Positions 31,608 through 40,985 of a stretch of DNA of 64,000 bases are shown piece after piece. The position numbers and the translations under genes are program-made. Source of the stretch: Promethearchaeota archaeon. Lineage in GTDB: Archaea > Asgardarchaeota > Lokiarchaeia > Sigyniarchaeales > SOKP01. The notes beneath the pieces were generated by a model that saw only the letters and a program-made list of their open reading frames with translations, was not told the origin of the DNA and did no database searches. The DNA lies in the NCBI GenBank assembly GCA_019058365.1, contig JAHPZE010000006.1:96001-160000 (forward strand). The letters are read 5' to 3'. Numbering within the stretch: position 1 is the first letter of the stretch; each line of letters begins with the position of its first letter.

Positions 31608-32204
31608 ATGGGAAAAGATAGGAATTTTAGGCCAGATCCAAATAATAATCCCTATAGAGTCAAACAAACGCCTTCTACTCCCAAGGGAACGTTTATTGAT
31701 TTTAATACGAGAAGAATTTGCCCCGCTTGTGGATTAGACATAAAGATAACGCATAATTTCTGTAAACGTTGTGGTGTCGATCTAAGCACGATAGAACCAA
31801 TAGGTAATGACGAAATTTCAAAACAATTAGCAATAACCGCTATTACTGATCCCGATCCTGAAGTACGAAAAGAAGCAGTTGATACTTTAGGAGATTTTGG
31901 GGATGAGAAAGTTTTAGGAGTTCTCACTTATGTTTTATTAAACGATCCAGATGAACATGTAAGAAAGGAAGCTGCAGATGAACTTGGAGACCTACACCAC
32001 CCATATAGTTTAGATAGTTTTACAAAAGCACTAAAAGATGAGAGTCCATTAGTCAGGAAGGAAGCCATAGAAGGATTAAAGAAGATTAAAAAGAAGATCA
32101 AGCCAAAGGACTTAGATGAAGGAAAACCAGAGAGTAGGAAAGATAAAGAAGATAAACCTAAACCAGAAGAAACCACAGAAGAACGTGATACTGATATGTT
32201 GTAA
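31608..32204 (+). CDS. Zinc-ribbon + HEAT-repeat (PBS-lyase-like) protein
   Basis: CPACG..FCKRCG; three DPDxxVRKEAxxxLG repeats. Confidence 0.85.
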   Translation: MGKDRNFRPDPNNNPYRVKQTPSTPKGTFIDFNTRRICPACGLDIKITHNFCKRCGVDLSTIEPIGNDEISKQLAITAITDPDPEVRKEAVDTLGDFGDEKVLGVLTYVLLNDPDEHVRKEAADELGDLHHPYSLDSFTKALKDESPLVRKEAIEGLKKIKKKIKPKDLDEGKPESRKDKEDKPKPEETTEERDTDML

Positions 32205-32299
32205 AAATTTTATTATTTTTTCCTTAATTTAAATTAATTCTCATAACTTAAGTTAATAATTAAAAGAAAGATTAATCTCAAAATTAAGAAGAGATGATT

Positions 32300-33436
32300 T
32301 CAATCATCCTTACTTGGAATTTTCGGTAATTGTCTTCTACCACTTGGTTTTTTCGCTCTAGATTTTTCTAATATATCAATTAAATCAGCTTTCTTTGTAT
32401 TTATAGGTAAATCAATTTCTTTTTCTTCGGCATAAGCTTTAAGATCTTTTATAGTCATAGAATTAAAATCCGTTATCTCTTTAGGAGTTATAGTTTTCTT
32501 CATTGCATCTGGTTTAGTTGGCATTGGAGACAATCCTGAAGGAGATGTCTTTCTTGGAGCGTTATTTAATTTTTCTTCCTTTTCTAATACTTCAATAGCT
32601 TCCACAATTCCTTTCTTTTCGTCAAAATAAATTCTTAACACATGATTATCTAATTCTATCATTTCTTTTGGGACATTTTTAACTGGTTCCCAGTCGGTTT
32701 CTTCAACATTTTTTCCGAATACTTTAGCAATTTTTGAAACTGCAGCATAGAGTGTATAGCCCAAAATGAGATTTGTTCTTTTATAACCATCAGATACATC
32801 AGTTTTGAGAATTTTATCTTTTATTTTTTGTGCTTCTTCTCCTGATAATTCTATTGCTTTAGAAATTCTTGATGGTTTTACCATTTCTGATCTTGGATAT
32901 TGCGTCCTTGGTTTTGGTTTTAATGTACTCGAAGCGAAAGATGAAACTATTACTTCATTACTCGTATCTTGTAATGCTGGTGAGAAATACTCCTCTTCTG
33001 TCTGCAACTTAGTTGTTTTAGGAGCAACATCTGTAATAGGTGCTTGTTCCATTCTCTCCCGTTCAATATTTCGGACATATCGCATATCTGCTAATCGTTC
33101 AGTTACTTCCATCGATTCTAATCTGAATGTATTTAAGAATTCTGAAGGTTCTTCTCCCGCATCTACAGAAATAATCTTACAACGATGATATCTAGAATCG
33201 TTTATTAATTCTTCTTGAAGAGTTGCAGCTACTCTTGAACTGATAAATCTTTTTCGAACAGGTGATTTTGGACCTTTCCAAATGAAGATCCTTCGTAAAT
33301 CTTCTCTTATTATTACTAAAACTTGTTCTGGATGCATATTTTCCTGAAGATGCTCTTCAGTTATGTCTAATTTTATCCTTTCTCCAGAATCGTCTAATTC
33401 ATATACCATAAATGTCTCATATTCAGTCATTTTCAT
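32300..33436 (-). CDS. Gelsolin-domain protein with a C-terminal HeH/SAP (Rho-N-like) domain
   Basis: N-terminal HPEQVLVII...RIFIWKGPKSPVRKRF...VDAGEEPSEF (gelsolin fold signature); C-terminal FNSMTIKDLKAYAEEKEI....KKADLIDIL. Confidence 0.75.
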   Translation of the reverse strand: MKMTEYETFMVYELDDSGERIKLDITEEHLQENMHPEQVLVIIREDLRRIFIWKGPKSPVRKRFISSRVAATLQEELINDSRYHRCKIISVDAGEEPSEFLNTFRLESMEVTERLADMRYVRNIERERMEQAPITDVAPKTTKLQTEEEYFSPALQDTSNEVIVSSFASSTLKPKPRTQYPRSEMVKPSRISKAIELSGEEAQKIKDKILKTDVSDGYKRTNLILGYTLYAAVSKIAKVFGKNVEETDWEPVKNVPKEMIELDNHVLRIYFDEKKGIVEAIEVLEKEEKLNNAPRKTSPSGLSPMPTKPDAMKKTITPKEITDFNSMTIKDLKAYAEEKEIDLPINTKKADLIDILEKSRAKKPSGRRQLPKIPSKDD

Positions 33437-33643
33437 TCAGCAGTAATATTAATCTGTGATATTTCAATTTTTATGATAGTAATTAATAACTTTGTATTAT
33501 AATTTGAAATTTCTTTTAAAATTTAATTGTTTTAAAAAAAATATAAATTAGATTATATTAAATCTTTTTTTTTAAAAAACCAAGAGGATCTTTTTTGATT
33601 GCATATTTTAATTTTAAAATTGAAAAGAAAATCTTAGTTCTTA

Positions 33644-34357
33644 TTATCGATCGTGAAGGACATTATCTATTGATAATACAAATCCTACGAGAATTCTTCG
33701 ATCAGTCTGATTATCAAGTATTCTTAAAGCATATGTATCTTTAAAATCTAAAAGCCCTCCAAGAAAGACATCTCTCCATCGATCTGCTTTTTCTATTTCT
33801 GCTATAACATTACCAGTGGTTACATCATAAACCTTAAAACTCCACCCCATAAACTTGCCTTGAGCACGGAACCATTGGTTTCCTTGAGGGTCTTCAAGAA
33901 AAAACACAGGTCTGAAAAGGGATAAAATCTTCTTCTTAATTCGAGCTATAAGATTCCCTTGAGGATCTTTTAAATCTTGTGCTCCGCGAGCAGATACGAG
34001 TTTAGCATGAATCGTTGCTGCAATAGTTCCATCAACTTCTTGTAATTCAACTCTCCGTCGAATGCTTAAGATTATTCTTTTCATCTTCCCAATAATTTGG
34101 TTATGTTCGTCTAATATGTCGCCGCTTCCCCAATCCCAATACTTCTCCTTAAGGATATAGTAATTCCGGTTGATGTCAAACAATCCTCCTGGTGGGCTTG
34201 AGGGATATACTCTAGGACCAGTTGGTCTTGTTTGTATAGGGGCAGTTTCTACTTGTCTAGTGCTAGCTGCTATAGGTGAACCGCACTTTTCACAGAACCT
34301 TTGAGTTAAGTCGGAAATTTCCGCCCCGCAATTATTACAATATGGCACTTTTCTCAC
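33644..34357 (-). CDS. Zinc-ribbon + LURP-one/scramblase (Tubby C-like) protein
   Basis: YCNNCG..FCEKCG, Pro-rich linker, repeated D-x-x-G-x-x-I-A/G-x-I-K-K strands, DTYALRI, LSID. Confidence 0.82.
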   Translation of the reverse strand: MRKVPYCNNCGAEISDLTQRFCEKCGSPIAASTRQVETAPIQTRPTGPRVYPSSPPGGLFDINRNYYILKEKYWDWGSGDILDEHNQIIGKMKRIILSIRRRVELQEVDGTIAATIHAKLVSARGAQDLKDPQGNLIARIKKKILSLFRPVFFLEDPQGNQWFRAQGKFMGWSFKVYDVTTGNVIAEIEKADRWRDVFLGGLLDFKDTYALRILDNQTDRRILVGFVLSIDNVLHDR

Positions 34358-34503
34358 TTTTCTTTTAAATTTATTTTAAGCTATGAATAATAATATTGTT
34401 TAATAAAGTTACGGGTAAATTAGATATTCAATGGATAATCAAGAAAACGTTTTAATTAGATAAGGATTAATTATTATTAATAAGAAATAATTAGAGAAGC
34501 AAT

Positions 34504-35256
34504 ATGTCAAGCCAAAGCATTCCAAAGTTATTAAAATTGAAGGACTATATTACACTTGTAGGCACTTCTTTAGGAATAATTGCTTTAGTATGTGCCTCTA
34601 TTGGTCACCCTTATTTACTTTCCTTAGGTTTTTTTTTGGTGACGATCTCGCTTGGTACTGATATGATAGACGGCTATATCGCTCGAAAAACAAATACAGT
34701 AAATGAAATGGGTAAAGAATTAGATTCATTGAGCGATTCTCTAACCTTTGGAATCACCCCCGCGGTTTTAGCTTACCAATCATTCAAAACAAATACCCTC
34801 TTTGATATTATTATTATAATCGGAGCAATATGTTTTGCTATTGGGGCAATACTAAGATTGGCACGTTATAACATTACAGAAAGTCCAGGATATACGGGAG
34901 TACCTACACCCATAAGTGCCTTGCTAATAATTACCTTCTTTTATGCAAATTACTTTTATTCTATTGCTATGGGTGATTTTTGGGGAATCTCTTCATATAT
35001 ACTACCAATAATTATGATCCTAATTGGCTGGTTTAATATTACTACATATATTCATTTTGGTGAGAAAGATAAAGCAACCTATATGCTTTTTATTATAGTT
35101 GCTCCACTATGTCCCATTTTTGGGATAATTGGAGTTAGTTCACCCAATTTCATAATTTCGATGATAGTTTCAATATTCTTTTTATGTTCTTTTCTTATTC
35201 TAATAATCTCAATCATAAGAGGATTTTTTCTTTACTTTAGGACAAAAAAAGGTTAG
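34504..35256 (+). CDS. CDP-alcohol phosphatidyltransferase (archaetidylserine synthase/PssA-like)
   Basis: DMIDGYIARK..NEMGKELDSLSD, LRLARYN, YTGVPTP. Confidence 0.88.
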   Translation: MSSQSIPKLLKLKDYITLVGTSLGIIALVCASIGHPYLLSLGFFLVTISLGTDMIDGYIARKTNTVNEMGKELDSLSDSLTFGITPAVLAYQSFKTNTLFDIIIIIGAICFAIGAILRLARYNITESPGYTGVPTPISALLIITFFYANYFYSIAMGDFWGISSYILPIIMILIGWFNITTYIHFGEKDKATYMLFIIVAPLCPIFGIIGVSSPNFIISMIVSIFFLCSFLILIISIIRGFFLYFRTKKG

Positions 35257-35310
35257 GTATACTATTCACTATATCTAAACTATGTGGAAATTTGTTGTGA
35301 GAGTATTTAT

Positions 35311-37335
35311 CTAGAATATCTTCTTTTTCCAGTTTTCAATACTTTCGATGATTTCTTTTTTGTCATTCTCATCTAGTAATAAAAACTTTTCCTTGTACTT
35401 ATTTATCGTACTTCTAACACTATGTAAGGTTACTGAAAACCCTTTTTTTTCTAGAATTAAATCAGCAATATCCTGTAATTCTTTACCAAATGCATCCCCT
35501 TTGAGACTACCAAGTTTATCAATTAAATGATCGAAAGCAGTATTTATCTGTATTCCTGCTTCGTCACCTGCTTTAGGTTGTGCTGCTGTTAAAAACTCAA
35601 TTTTTTCTTGGAGTTTCTGCTTTAAATCAGTAATTTTGGGTGAGGAATAAGATGGAACTGGGGTTTGTGAAGGTGAAATCTCCGTAGATCTAATACTCTC
35701 TTTTGGAATTTCTTGAATTTGACTTGGTATTGGAATTGTTGGTTTACTTTCAATTTTGGTTGATTTCAGATCTCCTTTAATCGATTGAAATTTTGCGGGA
35801 ATTATAGGTTTTGCAGCAGTAAATGATTTAATAGGTGTAGTTGTCTTAGTTGCTTGTGCTTTTGTTATTTGAGTAGCATGAAAAGAATCAGTATAAGCTT
35901 CTTCCCATATGTTTTTTATCAACGGATCTAATAACTTTATTAATGGTTTAAATGAAGTTCCGATTCCAATAAAATCATCTAAAGAATTATTTGAATCTTG
36001 GATTACTCCCATTATGAATATATCATTATCACCTTTTAAAATAATAATATTATCATTTTGATAAGTTCTATATACTATATTTTTAATATCATTAAAGCTC
36101 TTAACAGTACTATTTGTATGAGCTTCTGAAGAAGCGATTTTTATTTTTAGATTACTAGCAATTTTATCAAATTGCTCAAGTGTTAAATGGTTTTCAATAT
36201 GGGGGATAATTAACGTAAGAGTTTCTTGAGAATTTATAATAAGATTGTGGATTGATTCATTTACATTAGTGATACTATTTATTATCCAAACATTATTGAA
36301 TAGTTGCTTATCAATCCTATTCATTTCTTTAAGATAATGCTTCATTAAGTCTTCGACAGGTTTATTTAGGTTTGAAACTTGATTAATTGAATTCTGAACA
36401 ATGAGATTTAAACTTTCTTTGATTCTAGCTTCCAGATTCTCAACAGCAGGTAAAAGTTCCTCTTGGTTTTCTTTAAGTAATTCATATATTTTATTCATTT
36501 TAGATTCAAAATTACTCAACATATTCAATAAAAGAATTTTAAAGTCATTTCGGTACTGAAATATAGAGTCTGTAGTATTTTGCATTTGTTCAGCTAAACC
36601 ACCAAATTCTTTTTCAATTAATTCATGCAAATTATTACTAAATTCTCCTATTATTTTATCTAATTTCTCTTTGAATGACTTTTCCACAGCAGCAAGAATC
36701 TCTTCTTTATGTTTTTTAAATTCCATGGAATTAATGTTCTTAATTATATCAATTTTAAGAGTATTAATTGTTTTAATTAAATCAGCAAATTGAGTTTGCG
36801 TAATACTCTTAATATCTTGACGGAGATCAGAGAGAATTTTATTAATTTTTTTTAATTCTTCCATTCCCTCAACAATATCTTCTACTTCTTGTTTTTGAAT
36901 AATGGAATCCTCTTCAATATCTTTTTTAACTGCTTGAAAAGCGTTTACTATTGAATCTAGCTCAATTACCTTATTTTCTTGAAAAATAGTTAATAAGGAA
37001 TTAACCATTAAGTCATAAATTGATTTTTTGATTGTAGGTAAATTTGCTTCAATATTATCATAATAATTGAGAATTGGAGAAATTGGCGGTAATGGTGAAT
37101 AGTGTATTATTTGTTCTTTTTTCTTAGGCTTTTGTTGAATGAGCAAGCCAGCGTCTAAAAGTCCTTTTATGCTTGTATTAAATTCTTCTGGAGTTGCGTT
37201 AGGTATAAGAGTATATAATTCATAAAACGATAAAGGAAATTTACCTAATGATTTAAGATAAATCTCCACGGCATATTCGGGGAGTTGCATTTTTCTTAAA
37301 AACTCTTCCATTAGTTTTTCACCAAATTCTTTCAT
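35311..37335 (-). CDS. TrmB-like wHTH - long coiled coil - PLD-like domain - Pro-rich linker - helical C-terminal domain
   Basis: N-terminal wHTH (EIYLKSL...LLDAGLL...YSPLPP), about 250 aa of heptads, then an alpha/beta domain similar to 996..1796. Confidence 0.55.
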   Translation of the reverse strand: MKEFGEKLMEEFLRKMQLPEYAVEIYLKSLGKFPLSFYELYTLIPNATPEEFNTSIKGLLDAGLLIQQKPKKKEQIIHYSPLPPISPILNYYDNIEANLPTIKKSIYDLMVNSLLTIFQENKVIELDSIVNAFQAVKKDIEEDSIIQKQEVEDIVEGMEELKKINKILSDLRQDIKSITQTQFADLIKTINTLKIDIIKNINSMEFKKHKEEILAAVEKSFKEKLDKIIGEFSNNLHELIEKEFGGLAEQMQNTTDSIFQYRNDFKILLLNMLSNFESKMNKIYELLKENQEELLPAVENLEARIKESLNLIVQNSINQVSNLNKPVEDLMKHYLKEMNRIDKQLFNNVWIINSITNVNESIHNLIINSQETLTLIIPHIENHLTLEQFDKIASNLKIKIASSEAHTNSTVKSFNDIKNIVYRTYQNDNIIILKGDNDIFIMGVIQDSNNSLDDFIGIGTSFKPLIKLLDPLIKNIWEEAYTDSFHATQITKAQATKTTTPIKSFTAAKPIIPAKFQSIKGDLKSTKIESKPTIPIPSQIQEIPKESIRSTEISPSQTPVPSYSSPKITDLKQKLQEKIEFLTAAQPKAGDEAGIQINTAFDHLIDKLGSLKGDAFGKELQDIADLILEKKGFSVTLHSVRSTINKYKEKFLLLDENDKKEIIESIENWKKKIF

Positions 37336-37487
37336 ATGATTCTTATTAATAATAGAGATACTTACCGAACTTATATAATCTTTTAGAATTAAAGAATCTT
37401 TTTTTAAAAATTAAAATATTTAAGGAGGCTTTAACATTATAATCATTAATAATATTATAGATACTCACCGAAATTCATAAAACAGAT

Positions 37488-38828
37488 GTGGAAAAAATGA
37501 CAGAGGATATATATTTTTACTTAGATCTTACTAAAGATTTATTGAGAAAAAAAGAGATCATAAAAACAATTAAATATTACATTGAGGAAAAAAATAAAGC
37601 AAACTTAAAAGGTCACTATTCTCTCTTGATTTTTCAAGAAGAGGGAAATCCAGTCTTTTTAACGGATAAAAAAGATTCTGATATAATTGCCAACTCAATT
37701 GAAGAAAATTGGAATACTCGTCCAAAAGATAAAAGTTATTTTGAAAATGGGTTATTTTACATTTTTTCTTATATTGCTGAGACTGTGAGAAAAAAATCCA
37801 AATTTAATAGAATTATAGTTATTACAGATACGCCATCCGACTTATCTGAAGAATATCAAGAGGCTCTATTTAATTTAGTATCAAAGATAAAGAATTTTCC
37901 CACATTTATAGATATTATTAGAGTATCCAAAGAGGGCGAACGCTTTTTTAAAGATGATGTAAAATTGAATATGCTTGCAAGTGACACTAAGGGAGGAATT
38001 TTTTATATTCAGGACAGAAAAGGCTTCACTGATGTGATTAAGAAACTTGTAAAGACTAAACAATTTGTAACTACATTTGAAGATCAACCTGATCTTATTA
38101 GAATAAGCAAAGAAGATTATGCTTTCTACAGTCAATTAGCAAAATCCTTAATAAAATCTAGTGAATTAAATTTAGTATGTCATTTTTGTAATGAAGAAGT
38201 ATGTCCCGTTTGTATGGATGTTCATGATACTCCGTTGATTTGTGAAGACTGTAATACAAGTTTTCATCATTGTTGTATTACCAATTATGTTATAAATCAT
38301 AATATTGGTATACCTCATATTTTTCGTTGTCCCAATAACGAATGTGATGTGCTTCTTAAAATAGATGAAGATGAGATAATTGAAGTATCAGGAGAAGTAG
38401 AAGTAGGAACGGTAAAGGAATATTTAGAAGAAGAACTACTTCAAGAGTCATTAGAAGAAATTCCCGAAGAAGAAGAACCTAGTTCTATTACACCTACTCT
38501 ACAAAAAATAGAAACTCCGCCAGTAAAAGAAAAAAGTATCTCTGGAGCAAAACAAGTCACAACCATTAGAATTGGTGGATTTTTTGGAAAAGTCTATACC
38601 GTAAAAAAAATGGGAGATAAAATTGTGTACGAGAAGTCTACACAGCCAACTTTTAAACCAAGTGCTGAAACTTCAAAAAGAGGAGAATTTATACTAAAAG
38701 ATACTATAAAACTTACGAGTGAAAAAGCGAGAAAGAAACCAAAGTTTATTATTTGTCCTCAATGTGGAACTCAAAATGATTCTACTCACACCTCGTGTTC
38801 TAATTGTGGAAATAAATTATCATATTAA
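37488..38828 (+). CDS. vWA-like + PHD/RING-type zinc finger + C-terminal zinc-ribbon protein (paralogue 1)
   Basis: FYLDLT, IIVITD, IDIIRV, TKGGIFY (vWA strands); CHFC-CPVC-CEDC-HHCC-CPNNEC; CPQC..CSNC. Confidence 0.7.
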   Translation: MEKMTEDIYFYLDLTKDLLRKKEIIKTIKYYIEEKNKANLKGHYSLLIFQEEGNPVFLTDKKDSDIIANSIEENWNTRPKDKSYFENGLFYIFSYIAETVRKKSKFNRIIVITDTPSDLSEEYQEALFNLVSKIKNFPTFIDIIRVSKEGERFFKDDVKLNMLASDTKGGIFYIQDRKGFTDVIKKLVKTKQFVTTFEDQPDLIRISKEDYAFYSQLAKSLIKSSELNLVCHFCNEEVCPVCMDVHDTPLICEDCNTSFHHCCITNYVINHNIGIPHIFRCPNNECDVLLKIDEDEIIEVSGEVEVGTVKEYLEEELLQESLEEIPEEEEPSSITPTLQKIETPPVKEKSISGAKQVTTIRIGGFFGKVYTVKKMGDKIVYEKSTQPTFKPSAETSKRGEFILKDTIKLTSEKARKKPKFIICPQCGTQNDSTHTSCSNCGNKLSY

Positions 38829-38920
38829 GAAAAAAGCGAAGTTCTATAGTATTTTTATAACATATTCTTTTAATAAAGAAAAAGTAAATCACAATATTGT
38901 TAAAAGAAAAATAACTGATT

Positions 38921-38983
38921 CTAGTATTATCAATAAAAATAAATAAACTGAATCTACTAGTATTATCAATAAAAATAAATAAA
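38921..38983 (+). repeat. 27-bp perfect direct repeat, two copies, period 36
   Basis: CTAGTATTATCAATAAAAATAAATAAA at 38921-38947 and 38957-38983, each preceded by AACTGA. Confidence 0.9.
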
Positions 38984-38992
38984 TGTGCTAAA

Positions 38993-40297
38993 ATGTTACC
39001 ACGATCTTCTAATACGGTAAATTCTGAGGAATTTATTTTTTATATAGACTTAATTACTGATTTCTTGAAAAAGAAACCCTTAGTGAAAGCAATAAATGCT
39101 TTTATAAAAGAAAAAGATAAATTTAATGTTTTAACTTCTTACGGAGTGGTGCTTTTTCAAAAAGATGAGAATCCGATAAATGTTTATGATTTAAAAGATG
39201 TGGAAACCGTTATAAATACCATAAACAATGGATGGGAAACACGAGAAATTGAGAAAAGTTATCTAGAAAATGGGTTATATGAAATACTTGCATATATTTT
39301 TAGGAAAAGCCGTGATACAAGAAAGAATTATCGTATAATAATAATTTCAGATTCCCCTAGCAAATTATCTGAGGATTATTATAATGCACTTTACGATTTA
39401 CTCATTAAAGCAAAAAAATTTTCAGCTTTTATTGACATTATTCGTGTGGGAGAAGAGAAATTTTTTGAAGATGATGTAAAACTTAAAGTTATTTCAAGTG
39501 AAACTCATGGAGGCACATTCTATTGTCAAAGTGATAAACTTCTTCAAACTATCTTAGGTTCTTTGACTCAGAATAAAAAAGAATTCAAAGTTATACTCTC
39601 TGATGAGTCTGAACAAATTTTAAAAGAAGATCAAGTTTTTTATGAACGATTGGCCGTAGATCTCATTAGTCTCTCTACAGATGATCAAGAAATATGTGAT
39701 ATCTGCGAACAAGCGGTATGTCCTATTTGTGAAGCTCATTCTGATGAGATACATAAGTGTTTTAATTGTAACGCTAAATTTCATAGTTGCTGTGCGGCAA
39801 AATATTCCCTTGTTAAGAATATAGGTTTTAAACATCTATTTAGGTGTCCGCAATGTGACACTCTTTTAAAACTAGATGAAGAATTTGTCAATATGATATA
39901 TGATGAAGAGATAGAAGAAGGATTGCCTGAAATAGATTTGGGTGAACCTTTTTCAGAACCTGTCATGGAAGCGCTCGAAGTTCAAGAAGAACTAATAGAA
40001 AAAGTAGAGGAAGAGCCCGTTGAAATACCCGAATCAGCCATACCTACACCAACGAAAAAGGTACGGTTAGGAGGGTTCTTTGGGAAAGATGTTACAATTA
40101 CAACTGGAACTACAAAAGGTGAAGTAGCATTAAAAGTTCCAGAAATTATTAAGTCACCAGAAGAACAAAATGTCTCGATAACAAATTTAAGACCACCAAA
40201 AAGAAGAGGAACTGGAACAATACGACTTTGTAAAATTTGTGGAGCAACGATACATAATACCCGAAATTGTCCAACATGCGGGGCTAAAGCTGATTAG
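38993..40297 (+). CDS. vWA-like + PHD/RING-type zinc finger + C-terminal zinc-ribbon protein (paralogue 2)
   Basis: FYIDLI, IIIISD, IDIIRV, THGGTFY; CDIC-CPIC-CFNC-HSCC-CPQC; CKIC..CPTC. Confidence 0.7.
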   Translation: MLPRSSNTVNSEEFIFYIDLITDFLKKKPLVKAINAFIKEKDKFNVLTSYGVVLFQKDENPINVYDLKDVETVINTINNGWETREIEKSYLENGLYEILAYIFRKSRDTRKNYRIIIISDSPSKLSEDYYNALYDLLIKAKKFSAFIDIIRVGEEKFFEDDVKLKVISSETHGGTFYCQSDKLLQTILGSLTQNKKEFKVILSDESEQILKEDQVFYERLAVDLISLSTDDQEICDICEQAVCPICEAHSDEIHKCFNCNAKFHSCCAAKYSLVKNIGFKHLFRCPQCDTLLKLDEEFVNMIYDEEIEEGLPEIDLGEPFSEPVMEALEVQEELIEKVEEEPVEIPESAIPTPTKKVRLGGFFGKDVTITTGTTKGEVALKVPEIIKSPEEQNVSITNLRPPKRRGTGTIRLCKICGATIHNTRNCPTCGAKAD

Positions 40298-40302
40298 CTT
40301 CT

Positions 40303-40860
40303 TCATATTTTTAAATTCTCAACTAAAATTACTCCAGAAATATTCGTCTCTTTAACAGCTGTAAAACCTTTCTTCATTTTCTGCGCATAATTCTTTAAAA
40401 GAAGTAAAATTTGATCAATTTTTTCTTTATGAAAATCCAACATATTTATATTGCATGTTTTTTCCGATTTCTGATTTATAAAACGAAGTTCATATCTATA
40501 ATATGGTTTAAAGTCGAGCTTTCTCAATCTTATTTCTATTTTCTCTAACTCAGACCAAGTAATTGTGAAGATAGGGACATTAGGTAAAATTAATTCAATA
40601 TTTTCAGTTGATATTGAGAATTTTCTAATTTCTCCTGAATTTTGAGATAAAAGATAAGAGTAATACAAAACTAACGAAATAATTATCACTAAACTTACAT
40701 AAATACTCACATAAGATCCTGGAAATAAAAACATCACTAAAAAATTTATTGACGCTGTGAGAATCATAATAGCTAAACCAACTGAACAAGGGATTGAAAT
40801 CCTATTGAATTCTTCTCCAGAAAAATCAATTATCTCAATTTTTTCTGGCTTTACTTCCAT
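40303..40860 (-). CDS. Two-TM membrane protein with a PH-like soluble domain
   Basis: Two TM helices, then FSISTENIEL...ITWSELEKIEI. Confidence 0.55.
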   Translation of the reverse strand: MEVKPEKIEIIDFSGEEFNRISIPCSVGLAIMILTASINFLVMFLFPGSYVSIYVSLVIIISLVLYYSYLLSQNSGEIRKFSISTENIELILPNVPIFTITWSELEKIEIRLRKLDFKPYYRYELRFINQKSEKTCNINMLDFHKEKIDQILLLLKNYAQKMKKGFTAVKETNISGVILVENLKI

Positions 40861-40985
40861 AGACTTACATTAATTAATTTCACATATAAACTTTAACTAA
40901 AAATTAAAAATAATTTTTGATATTGGAAAATAGAGGAATAATTTTAAAATTTTAATTGTTTATTAAAAATACAAAATAATCTTTA

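Noticed and set aside
38913-38983. CRISPR mini-array
   Set aside because: Only two copies with a 9-bp gap, no unique spacers and no cas genes.
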